DNA from: a virus
DNA: 64,000 nucleotides
Direction: 5' to 3' (one strand)
IMG/VR virus record: IMGVR_UViG_3300044878_000204
Span: 1,757-65,756 of that record
The notes beneath the pieces are model-generated. The model was not told the origin of the DNA, made no database searches, and was given only the letters and a program-made list of their open reading frames with translations. This document shows, piece by piece, positions 54,332 to 64,000 of this stretch. A program made the position numbers and the translations under genes. The first letter of the stretch is position 1. Every line of letters begins with the position of its first letter.

Positions 54332-54964
54332 ATGGCTAGTTCAATATTCCAGGCCATACTTGGTACTAATCCATTTTCCATTACCAACGACGCAGACGAA
54401 AATAGCGTCAGGTATTGGACCGATTTAAAAATCATAGCAGTGGAAATATTGGTAAGTTCTAATGTGGTCGATCAGCCACTGGCTCTTACCGCAGTCACGC
54501 ATGACGCCGATAAACGGTTTGACAAGAATTTCATTAACTTGCTGGATGTTGACACTCGCAACGGAAAGATCATCCAACCAACCAAGTTGCGCATGAAGTG
54601 TATGTGCGCAAACCTATCGACAGTCGAAAGTATGATGCGATACTTTGAAGATATCACCGCATCTTTCAGCATCACATCAAAGGCGATAATATCCGACTTG
54701 ATGATTATGACTGATCTTGCTATTACTCAGAGTACAGAGTCTCTGTCGGCTGTCGAGATGGTTGTTGAATGGGAGCAGGCTGGCCGCCGGGTCCAAGCTA
54801 CTTACGACCCGTCCAACCCTGCTGACGAAGAGACTTTTGGAGTCAGAATTCAACAGCCAGAGAGCATTATTGCCGAATCGATTTCTAGCATCGGCGACCA
54901 ATTGACATCAGCAGCCAAAGCCCTTTACAATAAGGTCCAAGGCACTATAACGAGCTTGTTATGA
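54332..54964 (+). CDS. Hypothetical tail protein (possible tape-measure chaperone)
   Basis: ATG 1 nt after the upstream stop. Confidence 0.45.
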   Translation: MASSIFQAILGTNPFSITNDADENSVRYWTDLKIIAVEILVSSNVVDQPLALTAVTHDADKRFDKNFINLLDVDTRNGKIIQPTKLRMKCMCANLSTVESMMRYFEDITASFSITSKAIISDLMIMTDLAITQSTESLSAVEMVVEWEQAGRRVQATYDPSNPADEETFGVRIQQPESIIAESISSIGDQLTSAAKALYNKVQGTITSLL

Positions 54965-55383
54965 TCGAAATTATCAGCAAATCCGGCCAGGTTAAGTACA
55001 TCGTTGTGAAACACTTTGGCGCTCTTGAAGGTTGGGATATCCAAAGTCGCTTCCTGGAATTCGCGGCAAGTCGCGACCCGAAACTAAAGCGCGCCTACAC
55101 GATGGAAATCCTGTCGTACGCAACTGTCATTTTTGCTGACCGTGAACTTCCACTTTCCACTGACGCGTTGATTGACAACCATCTGGAAGATTGGACGAAT
55201 ATCAAGTTGGTGTTTGAAGAAGTTCTCAAGCACAATGGCATTGATCCGGACACGCACGCAAACCAACCTCATTTCTGGTCCAATGCCGGCGCCGAGATGG
55301 CAATTTCATTCATCGCTGAGTGCTCGAAATTGATGGGCCCTGCGTTTGAAGTCGTTGCGAAGTCTGCCGTCAAAGAAGGGTAA
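54961..55383 (+). CDS. Hypothetical tail protein (possible tape-measure chaperone)
   Basis: Immediately upstream of the tape measure gene. Confidence 0.45.
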   Translation: MIEIISKSGQVKYIVVKHFGALEGWDIQSRFLEFAASRDPKLKRAYTMEILSYATVIFADRELPLSTDALIDNHLEDWTNIKLVFEEVLKHNGIDPDTHANQPHFWSNAGAEMAISFIAECSKLMGPAFEVVAKSAVKEG

Positions 55384-55389
55384 TTTCCA

Positions 55390-57591
55390 ATGTCGGAAAT
55401 GGATAAGTTTGTCCTCCAATATACTGTTGAGATGAAGGATGCGATCACGCGTCTTGAGCAACTCAACGGCAAGGTTGACGGAGTAAAGAAAGCGACAGTT
55501 GCCGCTGGCAAGGAGTTTGCCGAATTCTCCAACGGCGCGGCTGACGAAATCGGCAAACTTATTCCAGGGGTTGACAAGGTCACTGCCGGCGTCAGGGCCA
55601 TGACAGGGCAATTTGCTTTGGCTGCCACCGCAGTCGCCGTCCTTGGCGTTGGCGTCAAGTCTGTAATCGACCTTCGCACCCAGTTCGGCGAGCAACGCAT
55701 GGCAGGCATGGCCACCGGTGTGTCCGGGACGCGCATGGAGGAATACGCCAGGAAGTTCGTCAACAACTCCAACGGCAATGTTAGCAGGCCTCAAGCTCAA
55801 GAGCAGATTCGAAGCCTGTCAGAGAAGCTTCAAGCAGCGTATGCCGACCCGACGCGGATGGGCACGGAAGCGAGAACATTCAGACTTCTTGGAGTCGACA
55901 TCGGTGATCGAGGAAAGGACAAAACGCCGTTCAACGACGCTCTGTCTCAGTTGGCAGAAAAATTCTCCAAGATGAAGCCGGAACAAGTCCAAGGCATCGC
56001 AAAGGCCATTGGCATGAGCGAAGACTTTGCGCTGACATTGCAGCGGCTTGGTCCATCTGTCGGAAAAGTTACGGAGTTGACTGAGGCTGAGATTAACAAG
56101 CGCGCTGCAGCCGAAGACTCCCTGAAGAAGTTCAACACCGAAGTATCCAGATTCAACGAAAAGATGAACGAGCTTGAAATGACGCTCGGACAGAAGTTGA
56201 TCCCCGGTTTCACCGAGTTGATTGACATAATAAACCAGTTCGTTAATATTCTGCCGAAAGCAGCAACCAAGGTGCAGCAAAAGGGCGAAGAGTACGGAGT
56301 GGACCTTGGCGGAGCAATTGACACCGTCAAGGGGTCCAGCATATTCGACTTCGCCAAGAATGCAAATCCGCTAGTTGCCTTTCCGAACTTCATGAAGAAG
56401 ATCACAAGTTGGGCAAACGAGGAAGGCCCAAACCCTGACGAGAAGTCGGTGTCCACAGGCCAGGTTATTCGCGGCACTCAACCTACGTCTGGTAAGAAGG
56501 ATTTGGTGGCCTCTCTGGATGCAATGGTTGATACGCTCGACCAAACCAACCGGGATGCAACCAACAATGCCGCAAACATGCAACAGGCAATTAACATGTT
56601 TGCTGGCGCAGTTTCTACCTTCTCCAACGCCGTTGACGAGAAACAGGCATGGGCCGCTTGGGCTGGCGAGGTGGGTCGCGCTGGCGGGCTTGCCCTACCG
56701 GGTGGGTCGGGAGGTTTAAGCCCATCCGTCAATGTCCCTGGGCGTCCCGGCGTCAGCCCCGTTGGCCCGTATAACCCGGAAACTCAATACGACGATATTT
56801 ACGAACGAGAGTCAAAGCGGTCAGGAATTCCTGTTGAGTTGCTGAAGCGCGTTTCGCGTGTGGAGAGCCAGTTCAACCCAAACGCAGAGAGCGAAGCTGG
56901 CGCGCAAGGTTTGATGCAAGTAATGCCCGCCAACAAAAAGGGAACTGGGACCAACGATCTGTTCGACCCCGCGCAGAACATAAAGGCTGGCGCGCAGATC
57001 CTTTCTGAGTTCTTGAAGCAGGCTGGTGGCGATGTCCGAACAGCGTTGACGATGTACCACGGCGGGACCAATCGCGCAAACTGGGGTCCAAGAACATTGT
57101 CGTATGCCGATAAAGTTCTTGGCGAAACTGAAGTTTCAAAAGGCGAGTCGCGCAATAAGTTGCAGCTACGTTCCGTTCAACAGAACGTAGCTGGACGCCT
57201 TGGGGTTCCTTTGAACCAACTCCAACAGGGCGGTGCGTCGCACGGTGATGTTTCGTGGTCTCTGTCGCAGATGAAGGCTGGTGTTGAAAACAACATCTTC
57301 GACATCAACAAGCAACTTATGCAAGTTGGGCTGCCTCAACAGACGCGATCCAAGCTGCTCACCGACTTGCGCGAGCAGCAGAGTGGCCTGAACATGCTTA
57401 ATAAATACGGCAAGGAAGTTGAAGGCAACTCCGCGCCAGGCGGTCGCAGCATCACCATCGGAGAGCGAGCAATCGTCATCAACGTTGCTGCCGCGAAAGA
57501 CCCGGAAGTTACATCGCGTATCATCGAGGGCCACTTGCAAAATAACCTTGGCGACATCGTAAACGGCGCGGCTGACGGGATGAAATACTGA
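55390..57591 (+). CDS. Tail tape measure protein with an embedded lytic transglycosylase (SLT) domain
   Basis: 733 aa with long helical regions; SLT motif VSRVESQFNPNAESEAGAQGLMQVMP...TMYHGG. Confidence 0.8.
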   Translation: MSEMDKFVLQYTVEMKDAITRLEQLNGKVDGVKKATVAAGKEFAEFSNGAADEIGKLIPGVDKVTAGVRAMTGQFALAATAVAVLGVGVKSVIDLRTQFGEQRMAGMATGVSGTRMEEYARKFVNNSNGNVSRPQAQEQIRSLSEKLQAAYADPTRMGTEARTFRLLGVDIGDRGKDKTPFNDALSQLAEKFSKMKPEQVQGIAKAIGMSEDFALTLQRLGPSVGKVTELTEAEINKRAAAEDSLKKFNTEVSRFNEKMNELEMTLGQKLIPGFTELIDIINQFVNILPKAATKVQQKGEEYGVDLGGAIDTVKGSSIFDFAKNANPLVAFPNFMKKITSWANEEGPNPDEKSVSTGQVIRGTQPTSGKKDLVASLDAMVDTLDQTNRDATNNAANMQQAINMFAGAVSTFSNAVDEKQAWAAWAGEVGRAGGLALPGGSGGLSPSVNVPGRPGVSPVGPYNPETQYDDIYERESKRSGIPVELLKRVSRVESQFNPNAESEAGAQGLMQVMPANKKGTGTNDLFDPAQNIKAGAQILSEFLKQAGGDVRTALTMYHGGTNRANWGPRTLSYADKVLGETEVSKGESRNKLQLRSVQQNVAGRLGVPLNQLQQGGASHGDVSWSLSQMKAGVENNIFDINKQLMQVGLPQQTRSKLLTDLREQQSGLNMLNKYGKEVEGNSAPGGRSITIGERAIVINVAAAKDPEVTSRIIEGHLQNNLGDIVNGAADGMKY

Positions 57592-58466
57592 TGGCCCTTA
57601 GCAAAAGAGTGTTGCGCATAACCCTCTCAATGCCGGGTGGCGACATCGTCCTGGATCAAGGGTTGCAAATTCGCGTCAGAATCAACAAAGCCGCTCTTGC
57701 AATACAGAACAGGGCAAGTATTGAAATAACCAACCTGAATACGCAACTTCGCGAACAACTTCTATCGCAATTCACGGCATGGAACAAGCGCCAAGTCGAG
57801 ACTGGTCAACTGTCGCAGAACTGGATCGATGTCAAAATCGAGGCTGGTTATGTAGAGCCTCAAGGAGAGATATCATCAGTTGTGTTCCTCGGGCAAGTTG
57901 CCTTGGTAGATCCCGCATCGCCGCCACCAAACATCGGCGTTCGATTAACTTGTTACTCGCGGCAGATCGACAAGACTTCTTTCATAACCGACAGAGCCCC
58001 AACTAAAACAACCTTTGCTGGCTATGTAAAATGGGCAGCGGAGCAAATGGGATTTGGGTCATCCTATATCTGCGACACATCATACAATGACGTGGAGATA
58101 TTGAATCCTGCAAGGTCGATATTCACGGTGGCAGGACTACTCCCTGACATTCAGAGCTATTACCGACCAGACGTCGCGGCATTTGTTGATGACAACGTTT
58201 TGATTGTAAAAGACCGATCCAAAGTGGTCAATCCGGATGACGTAACATTTATCAACCGATTCGTCGGAATCCCAAGTTGGACTGAGTGGGGCTGCGAATT
58301 CAACGCGATGTTCGACCCTAGCGTAAGGCTGGCTCAGGCCGTATACTTGCGCTCGCTAATGAACCCAGGATTGAACGGGACTTACGTGTTGATGGAACTG
58401 GAGTATGATCTATCCAGCCGGGATAATCCGTTTTACATGAAAGGAGGCGGCAGCCCGCCAGCTTGA
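57591..58466 (+). CDS. Baseplate hub/tail protein (tentative)
   Basis: Position after the tape measure gene. Confidence 0.45.
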   Translation: MALSKRVLRITLSMPGGDIVLDQGLQIRVRINKAALAIQNRASIEITNLNTQLREQLLSQFTAWNKRQVETGQLSQNWIDVKIEAGYVEPQGEISSVVFLGQVALVDPASPPPNIGVRLTCYSRQIDKTSFITDRAPTKTTFAGYVKWAAEQMGFGSSYICDTSYNDVEILNPARSIFTVAGLLPDIQSYYRPDVAAFVDDNVLIVKDRSKVVNPDDVTFINRFVGIPSWTEWGCEFNAMFDPSVRLAQAVYLRSLMNPGLNGTYVLMELEYDLSSRDNPFYMKGGGSPPA

Positions 58467-58467
58467 T

Positions 58468-58980
58468 ATGCCAAGACATACACGCGAGTTCTCAGTGTTT
58501 GGAGTTGATTACAGGACCACGCAGTTTTCTGCCTATGATGGTCTTGGCGTCATGGAGATCATATATGAAATACCGCCAGAGAGACTTCTTGCGTTTACCG
58601 AAGTTCGTGCAGAGGATGGTAGTTGGCACTCTCTTTCTGTGCCAAGGAACATAAACCATTTCGTCAAAGATGCAATTGGTTTTATTGCCCCGTTACTTGT
58701 CCTAAAGGCCCTTCTCGATCTTGTCAACGAATACAGCTTCGGCTTTCTCGGCGAATGGAAAGGAATCAAAGTGCCGACTAGATTCTTGGCAGGGTTCAAG
58801 GCAGTAAGTAGCCAAAATGCACAGCCGCTTATATCGCAGCTAGTCCAGGATGGAGTTGCGGACTTGCGTAGTCTTCAAGAATACTACTCACTTGAAGAGG
58901 CATTCAAGTTGTTTGATATTGTAATGGCAAAGGGAGTCAACGACGCTCTGGCCAATGAAGCGGCATCCAAACCTAAGTAG
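58468..58980 (+). CDS. Hypothetical baseplate protein
   Basis: ORF. Confidence 0.45.
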   Translation: MPRHTREFSVFGVDYRTTQFSAYDGLGVMEIIYEIPPERLLAFTEVRAEDGSWHSLSVPRNINHFVKDAIGFIAPLLVLKALLDLVNEYSFGFLGEWKGIKVPTRFLAGFKAVSSQNAQPLISQLVQDGVADLRSLQEYYSLEEAFKLFDIVMAKGVNDALANEAASKPK

Positions 58981-59052
58981 ATACTTACGTGTTTACTTGA
59001 CGATCCCGGCGCCGCTATAATATGGCAACAAGCGATATTATCCGGGGTTGCA

Positions 59053-59772
59053 ATGGAACAACTATACCCTCTCACGGCGTCATCATCCTCTGATAAGAAG
59101 AGGATGCTTGGCGCAATGGACCTCATGCTTCGCGGCCAGGCCCTTCGAACTGACGGCCTAATCCCGGCAGAGGTCATCCAGTTCGATAGAAAGAACAACA
59201 TCGCCACTGTACGTCCATTAATCATGTGGGTTGACGTTCAGGATCAGGCCGTGCCGCGAGTCGAGTTTGCCGACATCAGCGTCATCTCGCTCGGCGCCGG
59301 TGGCTTCCACATCTCTTTTCCAGTTAAGCCTGGCGACATCGGTTGGATAATGGCATCTGATAGGGACTTGTCGCAATTCAAAGCGACTTTGCGAGAGGCC
59401 AAGCCGAATACTGGCAGGCATCAGAAGTTTGAAGATGGCTGGTTCATTCCGGATGTGTTTCGAAACTATCTGATTAACGCAGAGGACGCCGATGCCATGG
59501 TCATCCAATCCGTCGACTCGTTGACGCGCATCTCCATTCGCCACGACAACATAAAGATAACCGCCCCTGTCAAAGTGACAGTTGACACGCCGCTGACTGA
59601 GTTCACCGGCGACGTAAAGATTGACAAGAAGCTCCAAGTGGTGGATACAGTAACAATGAACAAAGATGCCGTTATCGCGATTGACGCAAAAGTTGCAGGC
59701 ATCAGCGTTATCGGACACGGCCACATCTCTTCGGCTCCTGGCACAAGAACTTCAGGCGGAATGCTTACATGA
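59053..59772 (+). CDS. Baseplate spike, gpV-like OB-fold protein
   Basis: VKPGDIGWIMASDRD and the surrounding region resemble gpV/gp45-like spike OB domains. Confidence 0.55.
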   Translation: MEQLYPLTASSSSDKKRMLGAMDLMLRGQALRTDGLIPAEVIQFDRKNNIATVRPLIMWVDVQDQAVPRVEFADISVISLGAGGFHISFPVKPGDIGWIMASDRDLSQFKATLREAKPNTGRHQKFEDGWFIPDVFRNYLINAEDADAMVIQSVDSLTRISIRHDNIKITAPVKVTVDTPLTEFTGDVKIDKKLQVVDTVTMNKDAVIAIDAKVAGISVIGHGHISSAPGTRTSGGMLT

Positions 59773-61028
59773 CAGCCAAATACGTTTACATCACAGATAC
59801 TGGCGTCACCAACGCCGATACAGTGGACCTTCTTGAAGACGTTCGCGAAGAGTGGAAAAGCGCGCTCGGCCAGAACTTGAACGTCAACTCGGCTACAGCC
59901 CAAGGGACGCTAATCGAGCAAGAAACTCTGGCCAGATCCGGCGTAATGAAGAATAACGCAGAGCTTGCTAACGTCATTAATCCGAACTACTCTTACGGAA
60001 CATTCCTTGATGCAACTTGCGCATTCTTAGGAGTAGAGCGCGGCAAAGACCAATCGACGGTTGCCACCGGCGTTCGCATCAATGGCAATTCACAAACATC
60101 AATTCAGCGAAACTCACGCGTCCAAACGCCTGCCGGTGACATCTTCCAGATCACCGATGACATCGTCATCCCGATTGCCGGTTTCATCAATGTTTCGCTA
60201 AAATCAGCCCAGCCAGGCGACATCCCGTTGCCAGTTGGCGAGTTGAAGATTATCGATGGATCGATTGGTTGGGGGTCGATATTTGTTGAAGTTGGAACGT
60301 CAGTGTTCCCAGGCTTTCGAGCCCTTGTTGACGTAAAGCTGAAGAACGCCCGAAACGAACAACTGGCAATTCAAGGTCGTGGCGGCAGCGCCGCAGTCAA
60401 GGCCCTTGTATCCGCCGTGCCCAACGTAACATCGGTTAGCGTGGTTGAGAACAATACCGGGGCCATCGGCGTGGTCAACGGCGTCACGTTTACCCTGCCA
60501 AACGCTATGTGGGTTTGCGTGGCCGGTAATCCAGACCCCGCCGCAGTCGCTGCCGCCCTTTACCAAGCCCACCAGTCAGCGTGCCCTTGGGACTTTGGTG
60601 CGGTAGGCGAGGGCGTTAAAGTCGATAGCCCAAACGGAACGCTGGTCATCGATCCGTCAACCGGCATGCCTTATCGTGTCAAATCTACCACCCCAATCAA
60701 ATACGACGCTTACGTCATCGCGGATGTTTCACAAGGATCAAGCGCTACGTCGCCGACAGAGGCTGTGCAAAATGCCGTTGTCAATTATGCCGCTGGTAAC
60801 ACCGCTGGTGAGCCGGGACTTGTCGTAGGGGCTGATGTGTCCGCATTCGAAATTGGTGGCGCCATCGCCAGAGCGCTTCCCGGCCTCTATGTCAAGAATG
60901 TGGCAGTTGCCGTGGTCCTTGCTGGCGCCGCGCCTCCACTTCCAGGTGCTTACTCTACTGAGAAGGTCATGAAGCCGTACGAAGAGGCGTCCATATCCGT
61001 TGGTAATGTCAAGGTGAACATAGTATGA
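59769..61028 (+). CDS. Baseplate wedge protein (gpJ-like, tentative)
   Basis: 419 aa following the spike gene. Confidence 0.45.
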   Translation: MTAKYVYITDTGVTNADTVDLLEDVREEWKSALGQNLNVNSATAQGTLIEQETLARSGVMKNNAELANVINPNYSYGTFLDATCAFLGVERGKDQSTVATGVRINGNSQTSIQRNSRVQTPAGDIFQITDDIVIPIAGFINVSLKSAQPGDIPLPVGELKIIDGSIGWGSIFVEVGTSVFPGFRALVDVKLKNARNEQLAIQGRGGSAAVKALVSAVPNVTSVSVVENNTGAIGVVNGVTFTLPNAMWVCVAGNPDPAAVAAALYQAHQSACPWDFGAVGEGVKVDSPNGTLVIDPSTGMPYRVKSTTPIKYDAYVIADVSQGSSATSPTEAVQNAVVNYAAGNTAGEPGLVVGADVSAFEIGGAIARALPGLYVKNVAVAVVLAGAAPPLPGAYSTEKVMKPYEEASISVGNVKVNIV

Positions 61029-61702
61029 GCATGACCCCTTTCAATGGCGATTTGTTGCAGCCGCTGAAGTGGTTGCACAATAACGCTTCAGCGATGCAAA
61101 AGTTGGTGCGACTAAAGGCCACTTGGTATGAGCAGTACAATACTCAGTATTGGGTCGATTGGGAATACAACGTATTTGACATCCGCACGGCAAGTCCTTT
61201 CGGGTTGATGATTTGGTGCATCATCCTTGGTGTTCCATCAGGCGGATTCGGTCTTTATCCAAGTTCTGCTGCTTGGGCATACGGAGAGGAACGTCAGAAC
61301 TACATCTACAGCGGCGCAAACCCGTCACTTCCTGACCCAAATACCATCGGCGGCAACTTCTTTGGTGGTGGCGATGCAGAAATTTTGGACTTGAATGAAA
61401 TACGCAACACGCTTCGTTTGCGCTATGTCGCGTTGGTTAATAACGGCAGCGTTGCGTTCATAAACAAGATGTTGCGCTACATCTTTAACAATGGCGAGCC
61501 GTGGGGTGTGGCTGGTGGGCGATATTTCTATTTGGCCGACTGCACGTGCGCGCAGGGGGCTTCACTTCCGGCCTTCCAGATGGAGTATCGAATTGGGCCT
61601 GCAATGAACTTGTCTCCCCAACTCATTGCAATATACAACGACCCGAAATACGGCATAATGCCGTCTTCGTCGGGAAGTAAAATAACTGTCATTCAGGAGT
61701 AA
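61025..61702 (+). CDS. Baseplate/tail-fibre attachment protein (tentative)
   Basis: Position. Confidence 0.4.
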   Translation: MSMTPFNGDLLQPLKWLHNNASAMQKLVRLKATWYEQYNTQYWVDWEYNVFDIRTASPFGLMIWCIILGVPSGGFGLYPSSAAWAYGEERQNYIYSGANPSLPDPNTIGGNFFGGGDAEILDLNEIRNTLRLRYVALVNNGSVAFINKMLRYIFNNGEPWGVAGGRYFYLADCTCAQGASLPAFQMEYRIGPAMNLSPQLIAIYNDPKYGIMPSSSGSKITVIQE

Positions 61703-61706
61703 TTAG

Positions 61707-64000
61707 ATGATTATCCCAGATTTGATCCTCAAGCCATTTGCCGCTTCTGCAGGCTCGCTTGATGTCAAAGAGCCTCCACAAAGTTCGCCGTCCGGTTTTG
61801 TAAACTTTACTGATGGCTATACGAGCTTCTACGAAATCAGTCTCGCGGCTGGCAACCCGCAAGCAAAGGCTGTTGAGCGTCCGATCCAGAACTACCTGTT
61901 TGGCTCTCTTTACAAGAACTCAAACGCATGGCAAGCCCAATGTACTCCGCCATGGTATGCCAATATGGTTGGCGGGTACATCAAAAACGCAAAGGTACTC
62001 CGCGTAGTTGGCGCGAACACTTTCATCTATCGCTCTCTGGTTGACGGCAACGTCGCAGACCCAATCGGCAACCCGACGCTGTGGGAATACGAGCCTACAG
62101 CCGCAGAGGCCCTTAAGAACGTGCCGATGCCAGCCGGTGGTCCCGGTGGCCCATCAGCAGCGATCATCACCGTCGCCGTTGACTTCAACACGATCCTCAA
62201 CGGCACATTTGAGATCAGAACCCCATCCATCCTGACCGCCTCGCCGAACTCGCCAACACCTCCATTTGGCACAGCATTCGGTCGTGGCATGATTGAGGCC
62301 ATCACATGGGCTACCGACGGCGGAAACTTCACGCTGCAACGATTCACCGACGTGAGTGGCGGTAGCGCAGTAAGATCTGGTGTTGCAGGTACGTTCGGCG
62401 CGTGGCGATATACCACTTCATATCGTGACATCCAAAGCGGCGAAAGTGTTTCTGCATCGATGGCAAATGGCCCTGTTGCCTACACTGCGACATTGGTGCC
62501 AAACCCGCCAGCCTTGACGCTTGGCATGGAAGTACGGCTGCTGGTGAACGTCAACTGTGGCGATGCGCCGACATTGAACCTGAATGGGCTGGGTGCCAAG
62601 CCAATTATTGGCGGCGCTAACCTTGGTGCGAAGCCAAATGAAATCGTGTCAGGCAGATTGCTAATTCTTGTCTATTCAACGGCAAGTGGCGGTCACTGGC
62701 GGATTAACGGACAGTCGGCTGGGCCGGTGCAAGTTAGCGCAGCCGTTGATGCAACTCACGCGCCGCAAGCTCAACAGGTCCAAAAGGACGGCTTCAACTT
62801 CGCTCTTGATACGACATCATCAGCAACTCCTGGGGTTTACGGTGCTACTTATGCGCCTGCCGTTACGAGTTTTGTCAATGGCATGCCACTTCGATTCCAA
62901 GCGCAACTAGCGAGCCCAGGCCCATCAACCTTTTCGCCAAACGGATTGACACCAAAGCCAATCCTTGACTCAAGCGGGGCTGTGCTTGCCGCTGGCTCAA
63001 TCACCACTGGCGGCATGTGCCAAGTCGTGTATTCGTTGACAGCAGATGCGTGGATTCTTCAGTATGCGTCTGGCGCGACTCAAACAGCAGCGCTGCCTCT
63101 TGGCGCAATAGTTGACTTCCCAAAAGGAACTGTGCCAACAGGCTTCCTTGAGCTTGACGGCAGCGTCCAGAGCACGGCCACCTACCCTGACCTCAGCAGC
63201 TATCTCGGCACCACCTATAACACTGGAGGCGAGGGTGCAGGGCTATTCAGGCTTCCTGATACCAGAGGCGAGTTCATTCGCGGCTGGGACCATGGGCGTG
63301 GCGTTGACGCCGGTCGCGCTATTGGCTCCAAGCAGAAAGGCACCGTGCACAGTTTTGACATGGGGTCGTCGTATACGACTATGTCAGATTTCGTCAACAC
63401 ATCAACCCCAGCGACAGCGGTTGATGCCATCGGCATGGATGCCGTCATCGCGGCTGATTATCCTTCGATAGTTGGCTGGAACGCTAACAGCGCGACGACT
63501 TCAGGGCAGCCTCTCACTCTCTCGTCAGAAGTTTCATTTGGCGCCGCAAGACCACGCAACATTGCCTTCATGCGTTGCATCAAAGCGTTCGGCTCTGTAG
63601 TAAACCAAGGCGCCATCGATGTAGCCGCAATTGCAGCTGCGCAGACAGCACTGTCGAACTTGTCCTTGTCATCTCACAAAGGACTGTCAATTACAACCAC
63701 CGGGTTGAGCGCCATTGTCTCTGTCAAGGCAAGGCTCTTGGTAGTAGGTGATGGTCCAAGCTGCAAGCGAATAGACAACCTTGCCGTTAGCATCAACCTC
63801 GCAAGCTCTGGCGTAGGTGGGCTTGACTCTGGCGCGGTTGCCGCAGCAAGTTGGTACAGCATCTGGGCCGTGACCAATGGCACAGTCAAGTCAGCAATCG
63901 CCGCCTTGATGCCGTCCATAAGCTGCACATCAACCGCCGGCAGCCCAGTAGTAACAGGAATCGCCAGCACAAGCTTGATGCGTGCCGGAATGCAGATGGG
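61707..64000 (+). CDS. Tail fibre protein with a phage tail-collar domain motif; partial, runs off the 3' end of the window
   Basis: Frame open from ATG 61707 to the window end with no stop (at least 764 codons); GLFRLPDTRGEFIRGWDHGRGVD matches the tail-collar LPDLRG motif; not in the ORF track because no stop lies in the window. Confidence 0.75.
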   Translation, partial: MIIPDLILKPFAASAGSLDVKEPPQSSPSGFVNFTDGYTSFYEISLAAGNPQAKAVERPIQNYLFGSLYKNSNAWQAQCTPPWYANMVGGYIKNAKVLRVVGANTFIYRSLVDGNVADPIGNPTLWEYEPTAAEALKNVPMPAGGPGGPSAAIITVAVDFNTILNGTFEIRTPSILTASPNSPTPPFGTAFGRGMIEAITWATDGGNFTLQRFTDVSGGSAVRSGVAGTFGAWRYTTSYRDIQSGESVSASMANGPVAYTATLVPNPPALTLGMEVRLLVNVNCGDAPTLNLNGLGAKPIIGGANLGAKPNEIVSGRLLILVYSTASGGHWRINGQSAGPVQVSAAVDATHAPQAQQVQKDGFNFALDTTSSATPGVYGATYAPAVTSFVNGMPLRFQAQLASPGPSTFSPNGLTPKPILDSSGAVLAAGSITTGGMCQVVYSLTADAWILQYASGATQTAALPLGAIVDFPKGTVPTGFLELDGSVQSTATYPDLSSYLGTTYNTGGEGAGLFRLPDTRGEFIRGWDHGRGVDAGRAIGSKQKGTVHSFDMGSSYTTMSDFVNTSTPATAVDAIGMDAVIAADYPSIVGWNANSATTSGQPLTLSSEVSFGAARPRNIAFMRCIKAFGSVVNQGAIDVAAIAAAQTALSNLSLSSHKGLSITTTGLSAIVSVKARLLVVGDGPSCKRIDNLAVSINLASSGVGGLDSGAVAAASWYSIWAVTNGTVKSAIAALMPSISCTSTAGSPVVTGIASTSLMRAGMQM

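Noticed and set aside
1-64000. CRISPR array, integrase/attachment site, transposase, or rRNA/tRNA genes
   Set aside because: No spaced direct-repeat array, no tyrosine or serine recombinase motifs and no tRNA cloverleaf were found by eye. A computational tRNA scan would be needed to exclude a tRNA fully.

Overview
This 64-kb window reads as almost the whole genome of a GC-rich, tailed dsDNA phage with a contractile tail (myovirus-type). All calls below come from the sequence and the supplied ORF track; no database search was run, and every family assignment rests on sequence motifs I recognise. The overall gene order and GC content loosely resemble Pseudomonas PB1-like (Pbunavirus) phages, but that is a low-confidence guess.

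Layout:
- 1-13.5 kb, minus strand: replication and nucleotide-metabolism module. It holds an SNF2 helicase with a VRR-NUC nuclease, a DnaE-type polymerase with a separate DnaQ-type exonuclease, a short-chain dehydrogenase (SDR), a HAD phosphatase, a ThyX homologue, a flavoprotein, a Lys/Glu-rich low-complexity protein and a Dda/RecD-like helicase.
- 13.6-22.2 kb, plus strand: a primase-polymerase, an SF3/VirE-type helicase, and Cys-rich and small proteins.
- 22.2-23.1 kb: an 870-bp non-coding region with a repeated CCCGGTAA(A)GT element and a G-depleted, C/A-rich tract, followed by a single plus-strand gene.
- 24-34.2 kb, minus strand: a dense cassette of about 27 small early genes. Many are translationally coupled and sit behind a repeated sigma70-type promoter with a conserved leader. 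The cassette includes an SPFH/band-7 protein with a membrane partner, a sigma-70 region-4-like mini-protein, a MazG-like protein and a pair of paralogues.
- 34.5-35.9 kb, plus strand: large terminase, flanked by terminators.
- 36.2-40.5 kb, minus strand: eight genes including membrane and secreted proteins; no recognisable endolysin or holin.
- 40.6-64 kb, plus strand: structural module. Portal, Mu-F-like head morphogenesis protein, protease/scaffold with an acidic tail, major capsid protein, neck proteins, tail sheath, two paralogous tube proteins, a tape measure with a lytic transglycosylase domain, baseplate proteins, and a tail fibre with a collar-domain motif that runs off the window end.

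No rRNA, tRNA, CRISPR array, integrase or transposase was seen.

Most worth following up: the early-promoter/leader family with its operator palindromes; the CCCGGTAA(A)GT element family and its possible region-4-like regulator; the 450-bp C/A-rich tract; the SPFH module; a ThyX variant (RTR in place of RHR) embedded with SDR, flavoprotein and HAD genes, which may point to non-canonical nucleotide or DNA-modification chemistry.
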